This document shows, piece by piece, positions 1-9,933 of a stretch of 64,000 nt of DNA (position 1 is its first letter; the number at the start of each line of letters is the position of its first letter). The translations under genes were made by a program, and so were the position numbers. The notes under the pieces are model-generated. The model was not told the origin of the DNA. It did not search any database and worked only from the letters and a program-made list of their open reading frames with translations. The DNA is from Acidobacteriota bacterium. GTDB lineage: Bacteria; Acidobacteriota; Vicinamibacteria; Vicinamibacterales; CAVVIG01. The stretch is taken from positions 4,524-68,523 of the forward strand of contig JADZED010000080.1 in assembly GCA_020850715.1 (NCBI GenBank). Direction: 5' to 3'.

Positions 1-1
1 C

Positions 2-1126
<1,125 letters not shown>

Positions 1127-1416
1127 CGAGAGCCGACAGAGCGATCATCTCACTCACCGCGTCGCGGCACCGCCATCCTCCCGCGCACGCCGGCCGGTGC
1201 GCCAATGGCGGCGGCTCTGGCGGCGGACATCTGCGCAGCCGCCGCGAATCGGCGCGTGCGGGCGCACCCGGCGCGGATGCCACGAGACGTCATCGATCCG
1301 GCGCGCGGGTCGCCGGCGCCGAAGAGCCGGCCGGCTCGACCGGCCGCATCTGGTGGGCGGCTCTCGCTGACGTTGACACCCGCGGCCACGCGGCAGATCC
1401 TGAAAAGCGATCGACG

Positions 1417-1704
1417 ATGGGAGGCCCCATGGCTGCTCCGCGTGCGGGATGTTCGCACATCGCGGCAGTGGAAACGGTCCGGCAGCCGCTCGAGCGCGTG
1501 TGCGAGGACTGCGTGACGATCGGTTCGCGATGGGTGCATCTGCGAACGTGCCAGACCTGCGGCGGAACGCGATGCTGCGACTCGTCGCCCAACCAGCACG
1601 CCAGCCGCCACGCGCGCAGCAGCGGCCATCCCGTCATTGCCTCCGCCGAGGAGGGCGAGCGCTGGCTGTACTGCTACCAGGACGACGCGTTCGCCGACTA
1701 CTGA
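1417..1704 (+). CDS. UBP-type zinc-finger protein (about 95 aa)
   Basis: ATG 1417 is in frame with stop 1704. Cys/His pattern CEDC..WVHLRTCQTCG..CCDSSPNQHASRHARSSGHP is typical of the UBP-type Zn finger. The rest of the 550-aa track ORF is Arg/Pro-rich shadow. Confidence 0.7.
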   Translation: MGGPMAAPRAGCSHIAAVETVRQPLERVCEDCVTIGSRWVHLRTCQTCGGTRCCDSSPNQHASRHARSSGHPVIASAEEGERWLYCYQDDAFADY

Positions 1705-1759
1705 CGGAGGCTGGATGCGTCGCCGTCGGCGACGTCAACGGGAAGGAGGCCCGCTCGCC

Positions 1760-3097
1760 ATGACTCACACTGCCGCGCCGATCGACCGCGACGCGCTGAT
1801 CGCCCGCTACGAGCGCACGCGCGCCCGCACGCGCGAGTTGTTCGCGCTCGTGTCCGACGACGCCTATTACCGCGCCCCCATTCCCACCCGGCATCCGCTC
1901 GTGTTCTACGACGGACATCTGCCGGCGTTCAGCTTCAACACGCTGGTGAAGAAGGCGCTGGGCGGCGCGAGCATCGACGGCGATCTCGAAAGGCTCTTCG
2001 CGCGGGGTATCGACCCCGCAGAAGTCGCGCCGCGCCAGAAACAGTCCGCTGCCGCTGTCTGGCCGGAGCGCCGCCTCGTCCGGCAGTTCACAGACGAGGC
2101 GGATCGCCGCGTGCTCGCCGCGCTGGCCGGCGCGGACCTGGACCAGCCGGGCCACCCCTACCTCGAGCGGGCGGAAGCCGTTCACGCGATTCTCGAGCAC
2201 GAGGCGATGCACCAGGAAACGCTCCTGTACATGTGGCACCGCCTGCCGCTGGAGCAGAAGCGCGCGCCAGCAGAGTACCGGCCGGCCCCGAGCGGCCGGG
2301 CTCCGGTGCCGCAGTGGGTGGAGATTCCCGCGGGCGACGTGACGCTCGGCGCGCGCCGGGGTTCGATCCCCTTCGGGTGGGACAACGAATTCGGCGCGGC
2401 GACAGAGCACGTCCCGCCGTTCTCCATCGAGCGATACGACGTCACCAATTCCGCCTATCTCGAGTTCGTCGATGCCGGCGGTTACGAGGAACCGCGCTGG
2501 TGGGGGCCCGAGGACTGGAGCTGGCGCGAACGAGAGCGGCTCCATCATCCCCTGTTCTGGCAACGCACGGACGGCGAATGGTACTGGCGCGGGATGTTCG
2601 AGCGGTTCCCCCTGCCTGCCTCGTGGCCCGTCTATGTGAGCCAGGCCGAAGCGGCGGCCTACGCTTGCTGGCGCGACGCGCGTCTTCCGACCGAAGCGGA
2701 ATTCCAGCGGGCGGCCTTCACCACGCCACGTGGAGAAGCGCGGCAGTTCCCGTGGGGAAGCGCCTCCCCGACGCAGGAGCACGGCGTGTTCGATTTCGCG
2801 AGCTGGGACCCCGAGCCGGTGGGCGGCCATCCGGCCGGGCAGAGCGCCTGGGGCGTCGAGGATCTCGTCGGCAACGGCTGGGAGTGGACCAGCACCGTGT
2901 TCGCGCCGTTTGCCGGGTTTCGTGCGATGGCATCGTACCCGGAGTACTCGGCGGACTTCTTCGACGGCCAGCACGTCGTGATGAAGGGCGCCTCGCCGGC
3001 CACCTCCCGCGAGCTGTTGCGGCCGACCTTTCGCAACTGGTTCCGGCCGCGCTACCCGTTCGTCTATGCCGCCTTCCGGTGCGCGAGAAGCGCTTGA
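1760..3097 (+). CDS. egtB: ergothioneine-pathway sulfoxide synthase EgtB (DinB-like N-domain plus FGE-sulfatase-like C-domain)
   Basis: RBS GGAAGGAGG 1741-1749, ATG 1760. N-terminal DinB-like region (HPLVFYDGHLPAF). C-terminal FGE-type motifs GNGWEWTSTVF and FRCA. Start-stop coupled to egtD. Confidence 0.85.
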   Translation: MTHTAAPIDRDALIARYERTRARTRELFALVSDDAYYRAPIPTRHPLVFYDGHLPAFSFNTLVKKALGGASIDGDLERLFARGIDPAEVAPRQKQSAAAVWPERRLVRQFTDEADRRVLAALAGADLDQPGHPYLERAEAVHAILEHEAMHQETLLYMWHRLPLEQKRAPAEYRPAPSGRAPVPQWVEIPAGDVTLGARRGSIPFGWDNEFGAATEHVPPFSIERYDVTNSAYLEFVDAGGYEEPRWWGPEDWSWRERERLHHPLFWQRTDGEWYWRGMFERFPLPASWPVYVSQAEAAAYACWRDARLPTEAEFQRAAFTTPRGEARQFPWGSASPTQEHGVFDFASWDPEPVGGHPAGQSAWGVEDLVGNGWEWTSTVFAPFAGFRAMASYPEYSADFFDGQHVVMKGASPATSRELLRPTFRNWFRPRYPFVYAAFRCARSA

Positions 3098-4089
3098 TGC
3101 CGGCCGGAGCCCGCAGCCGTGCGGACGATCGGCGCCGCGCCGCCGTGGAGGAATTCGCGTCGGACGTGCGGTACTACGTCACCCGGCGCCCCCGCCAGCT
3201 GCCGTCCAAGTATCTGTACGACGATCTCGGGTCTGCGCTGTTCGAGACCATCACGCTGCTGCCGTGGTACCGGTTGGCGCGGGCCGAGATGCGGCTGATC
3301 GGAGCGCACGGGCGGGAGATTCTCGCCTCGCTCGGCGCCCCCGCGGCCACGATCGTCGAGCTGGGCCCCGGCAACGGAACCAAGCTGGCAACGCTGCTGG
3401 CGGCCCGAGATTCCGGCAGCCCCTCATTGTCCGTGCACCTGATCGACGTGTCGCCACGCGCATTGACGCGAGCGGTGCGGACCGTCCGGGAAGCAGCGCA
3501 GGCGGAAGTGGTGTCGCATGAGGCGACCTACGAGGACGGACTGCTTGAGCTCGCGCAGGCCTTCGGCGCCTCGCATCGCACCCTGGTCGTGTTCTTCGGA
3601 TCGAACATCGGCAATTTCGATCCGCCCGCCGCCGCCGCCTTTCTCCGCCTGATTCGCGCGGTCCTTCGTCCCGGTGACGCGCTGCTGCTCGGCGCAGACC
3701 TCGTGAAGGAGGAACGCCGCCTGCTCCTGGCCTACGACGACCCGCTTGGCGTGACGGCGGCCTTCAATCGCAACCTGCTCGTCCGCCTGAATCGCGAGCT
3801 GGGCGCGGCGATCGACCTGCCGGCATTCGGCCATCGCGCGGCATGGAACCGGGAGGCATCGCGGGTCGAGATGCACCTGGTCTGCGACCGCGGGTGCCGC
3901 CTGGCCATCCCGGTGGCCGGGGTCGATCTCGCTCTCGCGCCAGGGGAGACGCTCTGGACCGAGAGCTCCTACAAGTACGAGGTCTCCGGGCTCCAGCGAG
4001 CGCTGATCCAGGCGGGCTTCGAGCGAGGGCCCGTCTGGATAGACGACGCCGACCGGTTTGCGCTGATGCTGGCGCAGGCTGGCGGATGA
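3097..4089 (+). CDS. egtD: L-histidine N-alpha-methyltransferase EgtD
   Basis: TGATG overlap with the egtB stop. KYLYDDLGSALFETITLLPWY and SAM-binding ELGPGNGTK, about 330 aa as expected for EgtD. Confidence 0.85.
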   Translation: MPAGARSRADDRRRAAVEEFASDVRYYVTRRPRQLPSKYLYDDLGSALFETITLLPWYRLARAEMRLIGAHGREILASLGAPAATIVELGPGNGTKLATLLAARDSGSPSLSVHLIDVSPRALTRAVRTVREAAQAEVVSHEATYEDGLLELAQAFGASHRTLVVFFGSNIGNFDPPAAAAFLRLIRAVLRPGDALLLGADLVKEERRLLLAYDDPLGVTAAFNRNLLVRLNRELGAAIDLPAFGHRAAWNREASRVEMHLVCDRGCRLAIPVAGVDLALAPGETLWTESSYKYEVSGLQRALIQAGFERGPVWIDDADRFALMLAQAGG

Positions 4090-4147
4090 GACGGCGGATC
4101 CGGCCGTCCGCCCGGGCGATTCGCGCCGGGGCGCGCCCTGCCCGCTC

Positions 4148-5209
4148 CTAATGGTGCGGCGACGCCGGCGCCGGGTGCGCCGGCACGGCGCGCGAGGGCT
4201 CGAGGTTCCAGTCGAGGAACGTCCAGACGCGCGCCCATGAGTCGCGCTGCTCGCGCGTGTTCTCGGGCTCGAAGGTCACCGGGTCGACACGCCGATCGAA
4301 CAGGTGGCCTCCCGGCGGGTTGTCGTAGATGGTCGTCTCGGCCAGGCCGGGCTTGCGCGAACGCAGCGCGTCCACCAGCTGCATGTCCTCCTCGATGTTC
4401 ACGTCCTCGTCATTGCGTGCGACGGCGACATAGAGCGGAATCTGCAGCTTGTCGACCTGGAAGAGCGGTGAACGTTCCTTGTAGACTTCGCGCTTCTCGG
4501 ACGGCGGCCCGCCGAACCGGTTCATCGGATCGATGGCGTGGCGCTGCGGCTCGATGCCCTTCCACGCGAGACGCTGGAAGAGGTTCGTCACCGGCACCAT
4601 CGCGACGGCGGCGCGGAACGCTCTCTGGTTCCGGAAGATTGCGAGCAGCGCGATCATGCCGCCGTGGCTCCAGCCGATGATGCCGATGCGCTGCGGGTCC
4701 ACCACCGGGTATCGGCTCTGCAGGACACCAATCGCGCCGACCACGTCGTCCACCTCCGTGCCGCCGTAGTCGATCCCCTCGTACAGCGCCTTGCCGTAGC
4801 CGATGCTCCCGCGATATTCGGGCGCGATCACCACATAGCCCTTCGCGACGGCCTCCCTGACATAGGGAATGTAGTGCTCGTAGAGGTGGCCGCGGATGTT
4901 CTCGTGGACCCAGACGATCGCGGCGCGGGCGTGCGGCTCCTGCGGAGCGAGCGGCTGGAAGACGAAGGCCGGGATGTCGAGGTCGCCGGCGGGGCTGCGG
5001 TAGGTGATCTTCTCCATCCGCATCACGCCCTCGCTGGCCTGCCGCCACCGCGCGTCGGTCTCCGCCTGCATGTCGCGCATCCGAGCGAAATCCGGCGGCC
5101 GATCGGACTGGACGGCGGCGGCCGGCGGCAGCGGCGGCGCCGGCGTCTGCGCGGGAACGGCCGCGGCGCCGGAAGACAGGAGCCCGGCGAGCAGCACGGC
5201 GGGTGTCAT
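4148..5209 (-). CDS. secreted S9-family serine peptidase / alpha-beta hydrolase
   Basis: N-terminal signal-like MTPAVLLAGLLSSGAAAVPAQ. Nucleophile elbow GWSHGG. Downstream Asp (ARNDEDV) and His (PGGHLF) candidates. Confidence 0.8.
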   Translation of the reverse strand: MTPAVLLAGLLSSGAAAVPAQTPAPPLPPAAAVQSDRPPDFARMRDMQAETDARWRQASEGVMRMEKITYRSPAGDLDIPAFVFQPLAPQEPHARAAIVWVHENIRGHLYEHYIPYVREAVAKGYVVIAPEYRGSIGYGKALYEGIDYGGTEVDDVVGAIGVLQSRYPVVDPQRIGIIGWSHGGMIALLAIFRNQRAFRAAVAMVPVTNLFQRLAWKGIEPQRHAIDPMNRFGGPPSEKREVYKERSPLFQVDKLQIPLYVAVARNDEDVNIEEDMQLVDALRSRKPGLAETTIYDNPPGGHLFDRRVDPVTFEPENTREQRDSWARVWTFLDWNLEPSRAVPAHPAPASPHH

Positions 5210-5219
5210 CCCGCCGATC

Positions 5220-5450
5220 CTACACTGCGCCGGCGGGCCTGGCGGCGCGCTCGTGTGCGCGGGCGAGCCACGCGCTCAGGTGGCCGGCGGCTTCGGCCGG
5301 CGTCGCGCCGTAGAACGGCATGAGCGCCGTCGGAACGCCGGGGATGCGGACGATATGGGCGCGCCACCGATCGTTCGAGACGTGCGCGACTTCGATGAGA
5401 TAGGCGCGTCCGCCGATGGATTGTTCGAAGCGATGGACGTCGTGAGCCAC
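5220..5450 (-). CDS. small hypothetical protein (76 aa)
   Basis: GTG-initiated ORF with high third-position GC. It ends 10 nt before the S9 peptidase start on the same strand. No recognisable domain. Confidence 0.45.
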   Translation of the reverse strand: MAHDVHRFEQSIGGRAYLIEVAHVSNDRWRAHIVRIPGVPTALMPFYGATPAEAAGHLSAWLARAHERAARPAGAV

Positions 5451-5657
5451 AGTTGATCGCGTGATGATCGTGGTTCCGGGGGTGCAGGAATTGTACGCAG
5501 GCGGCGGCGCGAAACAAGCGAAGCGCCACGCGAAGGCGGCGCTCCGATCGGGCGGCGCGCGAATCTCCGGGCCAACGGCATGAAGAGCACTGCGTCGTGC
5601 TCAGTCCGTCCACAGGAAATGCGCGATCCATCCACAGCTTTTCCACAACGCGATCGC

Positions 5658-5686
5658 TTGACGCGCCCGCGGCCTCCCACTAGGCT
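5658..5686 (+). promoter_or_regulatory. sigma70-like promoter TTGACG-17-TAGGCT, 9 nt before the ATG (near-leaderless)
   Basis: TTGACG 5658-5663, 17-nt spacer, TAGGCT 5681-5686, ATG 5696. No Shine-Dalgarno in between. Confidence 0.4.
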
Positions 5687-5695
5687 TGAATCTTC

Positions 5696-7081
5696 ATGCA
5701 CAGTCGAACGTTGGCGGGCGCGCTCGCGGCGCTGTGCCTGCTGGCCGGGGCGCGCGGCGCCTCCGCCGCCGACGACTCCCCGCTGTTTCGTGTGTTCATG
5801 AAGGACGGCACCGCCCTGGCGAGCTACGGCGAGTTCGCCATCGTCGGCGATCGCGTGGTGTTTTCGATGCCGGTCGCGGCGACGTCGAATCCGCCGCTCC
5901 ATCTGGTGGACGTCCCGGCAGATCGGGTCGACTGGGATCGGACCAACCGGTACACGGAGTCGGCGCGCGCCGACCATTACATCGCCACCCGGGCGGAGAG
6001 CGACTACCTCGCGCTGTCGGGCGAGATCGTCCGCACGCTCGACGAGGTCGCCGCCACCGCCGACACCGGCAGGCGGCTGGAGATCGTCGAGCGCGCGCGC
6101 GAGCGGCTCGCCGCCTGGCCGGCCGGCCACTACAACTACCGCTCGGCGGAGGTGCTGCAGCTGCTGCAACTGCTCGACGAAGCGATCGCCGGCCTGCGCG
6201 CCGCCAGCGGGGGGCGGCAGTTCGCCCTGAACTTCTCGGCCTTCGTCCAGCTCCCGCCCGCGCGCGAGCCGCTGCTCCCGCCGCCGACCGCCCAGGAATC
6301 GATTCAGCAGATCCTGGATGCCGCGCAACTGAGCGATTCGCCCGAAGCGCGGAAGTCGCTGCTCTCCACGGCGATTGCGGCGGTCGACAGGGACGGGGAG
6401 GCCATCCCGGCCGTCTGGGCGCGCGATCAGCGGGCATCGGCGCAGGCGCAGCTCGAGGCGGAGATCCGGATCGATCGATCGTATCGCGCGCTGACGCAGA
6501 CGACGATGGGGCTGGCGCGCGAGCGGGCGAAGGCCGCCGACGTGCGCGGCATCGAAGCGCTCCTGCGACGTATCCGCAGCCGCGACGGCGCGCTCGGCCG
6601 TCGGCGACCCGATGTGGTGCTCGCGCTGATCCGCTCGGTGGAGTCGTCGCTCGACGCCGCGCGGCGGCTGCGCCTGGAGCGCGACCGCTGGGCGATGCGG
6701 GCGCCGGCCCTCCGCCGGTACCGGCAGGAGATGGCGGAGCCGTTCGATCTGTTCGCCCGGCTGAAGCCCGGCCTGGAGGACATCAGGGCGCTGTCGGGAT
6801 CGACCAGCTCGACGCTCGGCATGATCGAGCGGGTCGTCGGGCAGCTCGTCGATCGCGCCGGCGCCATCGAGCCGCCGGCCGAGCTGGCCGTGGCGCATGC
6901 GCTGCTCGTGAGCGCGGCCCGGCTCGCCGACAACGCCGGGCGCATACGCCGGGAGGCGACGCTCGCGGGCGACATCGCCCGGGCGTGGGATGCGTCCTCC
7001 GCGGCCGCCGGCGCGCTGCTGCTCGGCGCGCGCGCGCGCGCCGAGATGCAGGCCGTCTTCCGCATCCCTCAGCTCCGGTGA
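5696..7081 (+). CDS. secreted, largely helical hypothetical protein (461 aa)
   Basis: Signal peptide MHSRTLAGALAALCLLAGARGASA. The remainder is Ala/Arg/Leu/Glu-rich with normal complexity. The stop overlaps the next gene's start (GTGA). Confidence 0.7.
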   Translation: MHSRTLAGALAALCLLAGARGASAADDSPLFRVFMKDGTALASYGEFAIVGDRVVFSMPVAATSNPPLHLVDVPADRVDWDRTNRYTESARADHYIATRAESDYLALSGEIVRTLDEVAATADTGRRLEIVERARERLAAWPAGHYNYRSAEVLQLLQLLDEAIAGLRAASGGRQFALNFSAFVQLPPAREPLLPPPTAQESIQQILDAAQLSDSPEARKSLLSTAIAAVDRDGEAIPAVWARDQRASAQAQLEAEIRIDRSYRALTQTTMGLARERAKAADVRGIEALLRRIRSRDGALGRRRPDVVLALIRSVESSLDAARRLRLERDRWAMRAPALRRYRQEMAEPFDLFARLKPGLEDIRALSGSTSSTLGMIERVVGQLVDRAGAIEPPAELAVAHALLVSAARLADNAGRIRREATLAGDIARAWDASSAAAGALLLGARARAEMQAVFRIPQLR

Positions 7082-9933
7082 TCACCCCGCGCCGGACCCG
7101 CCTCGTGCGCGCGGCCAGCCTGCACGAGCTTCGCGGCGCGATCGGACGACTGGCGGCCGAGCGCGCGGCCGCCGGCGGCTCCGCGCCGCTGGTGGTCGTC
7201 CCATCGCGCGCTGCCGGCCGCCAGCTCGCGCGCACGCTGGAGGAGGCGGCGACCGCGCCCGCGTGTGAACCGGTCGATCGCGACCAGTTGTACGAGCGCC
7301 TGCGCGGCGCCCTGAGGTTGCCGCCGCGCCGGCTGAATCCGTTCGAGCGCGACGCGATCGCGCAGGCTTCGGCCCGGCAGGCGCGCGAGACGTCGCCCGG
7401 CCTGCCGTTCCGGCTGCGGCCGGCGCTGGTCGCGGAGATGCTCGCCTTCTACGATCTGCTGCGGCGGCAGTCGCAGCGCGTCGATCGCTTCGAGGGGCTG
7501 ATCGAAGAGCGGCTGGCCGGTGACGCCGGGATCGATCCGGGCGCGGAGCGCATGCTCAGGCAGACGCGGTTTCTCGCATCGGCGTTCCGCGAATACGAGC
7601 GCCGCGCCGCCGCCTCAGACGGCGTGGACGAGCACGCGCTGCGCGCGCGCCTGCTCGCCGACGCCGCACCCGATCCGTTCCGCCACGTCATCGTCGCCGT
7701 CCCCGACTGGATTGCGGATCCGAAGGGTCTGTTCGTCGCCGACTTCGATCTGCTGTCGCGCCTGCCCGGCCTCGAGGCGATCGACATCGTCGCGACGGAA
7801 GCGGTTCTCGGATCGGGGTTTCACGAGCGGCTGCACGGCTGGCTGCCGGGGCTCGAGGAGATGCCTCCGCCGCCCCCCGCCGCGATTCGCCCGGTGCTGG
7901 TGACGCCGCCGGTTCAGGCCGGCGCCGCCTGGTTCACGCACCGCGATCGCGAAGCGGAACTGCTCGCCTGCGCCCGGCGCCTCGCCGCGGCGCGCTCCGG
8001 CGATGCGGCATGTTGGCGCGCGGCGATCGTGTACCGGCGCCCGCTCCCGTATCTCTACCTTGCGGAAGACACCCTGGGCGCGGAGGGTCTGGCCTGCGAG
8101 TTGTCGGACGCGCTGCCGCTGGCCGCCGAGCCGTCGGCATCGGCGCTGGATCTCGCGCTCGATCTCGTCGCGAGCGACTTCTCGCGGCCCGCGCTCGTCG
8201 CGCTGCTGCGCTCGCCTCACCTCTCGCTCGGCGTCGATCGGCTGCAGACGAGCGCGCTCGACCGTCACTTGAGCGCGCGGCGGTACCTCGGGGATCGCGC
8301 GCGCCTCGCGTCGATCGCCGCCGAGAGCGGCGGCGAGCTTCGCGGTCCGCTGGCGTCGGCCGTGGCGGTGTGCGAGGCGCTCGCGCCGCTGGCCGGGCCG
8401 CGGGCGGCATCGGTGCAGTTGCGGCACCTCGCCGCCTTCGTACAGGCGCACGCGCGCCCGCTCGATGCGGGCGACCCGCTCGCGGAACGCGAACAGCGCG
8501 CGCGCGCCAGGCTGACCGACGGGCTTGAATCGCTGGCCGCGGCCCACGCCGCGCACGACGACCCCCCCTGGACGATCGACGACGTCGTGGGGGCGCTGCG
8601 CCGCTGGATCGAAGGCGAGACGTTCGTGCCGGCGCCGCAGCCGCCCGGCGGCGTGCAGATCCTCGACGATGAGGCCGTGCGCTTCGGCGCGTTCGAGGAT
8701 CTGACGCTCGTCGGCCTCGTCGAAGGCGAGTGGCCCGACCCACCGCGCCGGAACATCTTCTATCCGCCCGCGCTGATGACCGCGCTGGGTTGGCCGTCGG
8801 AAAAGGACCGCCGCGCCGCCGAGGCCGCGCGCTTCATCGATCTGCTGGGGTCGGCCTCGCGGCAGGTGCGGCTCTCCACGATCACGCTCGACGACGAAGC
8901 GCTCGTCGAGGCCTCGTCCATTCTCGACGAGATCCCGCGCGCGCACCTGTCGAGCCTGCCCGAGCCGGCCGGGCCTGAACCGCCGGCACCCGCGGCGTCG
9001 GCCGGCGAGGCCGGGTGGGTCGGCGCGCGAATCCCCCCGGTGTCCGGCGCGACCCCGGCGTTTCACGGCATGGCCGGTCCCCTGCCGCCGCGCGCCTGGT
9101 CGGTCAGCGCGCTCGAGACCTATCTCGGCTGCCCCTTCCGGTTCTTCGCGCAGCACGTCCTGCGGCTCGAGGAGGAGCCCGAGGACGAAGAGGTGATGGA
9201 CCCGCGGCGCCAGGGGATGTTCGTCCACCGGGAGTTCGAGCGCTTCTTCGCGGCGTGGCAGGCCGCCGGGAGGCGCGCCATCACGCCCGGCAACATCGGC
9301 GAGGCCCGAGCGCTCTTCACCGAGGTCGTCGGCCGGGAAGTCGCGACGCTGCGCGTCTCGGACGCCGAGGCGGCGCTCGAGCGCACGCGCCTGCTCGGGT
9401 CGCCGGCCGCCGCTGGGCTCGGCGAGGCGGTGCTGCGCATGGAAGCCGAGCGGCCGGTGGAGGTGGTGGAGCGGCTGCTGGAGTACGACCTGAGCGGGCC
9501 GGTGACGCTGGAGACGGAGAGCGGTTCGCGTACGGTGACCGTCAGAGGGAAGGCGGATCGCCTGGACCTGCTCGCCGACGGGACGATCCGGCTGATCGAC
9601 TACAAGCTCGGCTGGGCGCCGCAGCGCGCGCGCGCGCTGCAATTGCCGATCTACGGCATCTGCGCCGAGCAGCGCCTTTCGAGCGCACGCGGGAGGACCT
9701 GGCGGCTCGGCGAGGCCGTGTACCTCGCCTTCAAGGGGGCCCGCCGCGTGGTGCCGCTGTTTGCGAACGCGGCGGATCGGACCGACGTGCTCGCCGCGGC
9801 CCAGGCGCGCGCGGCCGACGCGCTCGATCGCATCGGCCGCGGCGAGTTCCCGCCGACCCCAGACGACGTCTACCGCTGCGAGACGTGCAGTTTCGCGGCG
9901 GTGTGCCGGAAGGACTACGTGGGCGATGTCTGA
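7078..9933 (+). CDS. AddB-like PD-(D/E)XK nuclease subunit with Fe-S cysteine set
   Basis: GTG 7078 overlaps the upstream stop. C-terminal RecB-type nuclease motif GKADRLDLL...IRLIDYKLG. Four Cys arranged as in AddB (LGCPFRFF ... CETCSFAAVC). Confidence 0.75.
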   Translation: MITPRRTRLVRAASLHELRGAIGRLAAERAAAGGSAPLVVVPSRAAGRQLARTLEEAATAPACEPVDRDQLYERLRGALRLPPRRLNPFERDAIAQASARQARETSPGLPFRLRPALVAEMLAFYDLLRRQSQRVDRFEGLIEERLAGDAGIDPGAERMLRQTRFLASAFREYERRAAASDGVDEHALRARLLADAAPDPFRHVIVAVPDWIADPKGLFVADFDLLSRLPGLEAIDIVATEAVLGSGFHERLHGWLPGLEEMPPPPPAAIRPVLVTPPVQAGAAWFTHRDREAELLACARRLAAARSGDAACWRAAIVYRRPLPYLYLAEDTLGAEGLACELSDALPLAAEPSASALDLALDLVASDFSRPALVALLRSPHLSLGVDRLQTSALDRHLSARRYLGDRARLASIAAESGGELRGPLASAVAVCEALAPLAGPRAASVQLRHLAAFVQAHARPLDAGDPLAEREQRARARLTDGLESLAAAHAAHDDPPWTIDDVVGALRRWIEGETFVPAPQPPGGVQILDDEAVRFGAFEDLTLVGLVEGEWPDPPRRNIFYPPALMTALGWPSEKDRRAAEAARFIDLLGSASRQVRLSTITLDDEALVEASSILDEIPRAHLSSLPEPAGPEPPAPAASAGEAGWVGARIPPVSGATPAFHGMAGPLPPRAWSVSALETYLGCPFRFFAQHVLRLEEEPEDEEVMDPRRQGMFVHREFERFFAAWQAAGRRAITPGNIGEARALFTEVVGREVATLRVSDAEAALERTRLLGSPAAAGLGEAVLRMEAERPVEVVERLLEYDLSGPVTLETESGSRTVTVRGKADRLDLLADGTIRLIDYKLGWAPQRARALQLPIYGICAEQRLSSARGRTWRLGEAVYLAFKGARRVVPLFANAADRTDVLAAAQARAADALDRIGRGEFPPTPDDVYRCETCSFAAVCRKDYVGDV

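Noticed and set aside
2358-2372. A tRNA-like T-arm sequence GGTTCGATCC.
   Set aside because: It lies inside the egtB reading frame (RRGSIPFGW). There is no acceptor or anticodon stem context around it.
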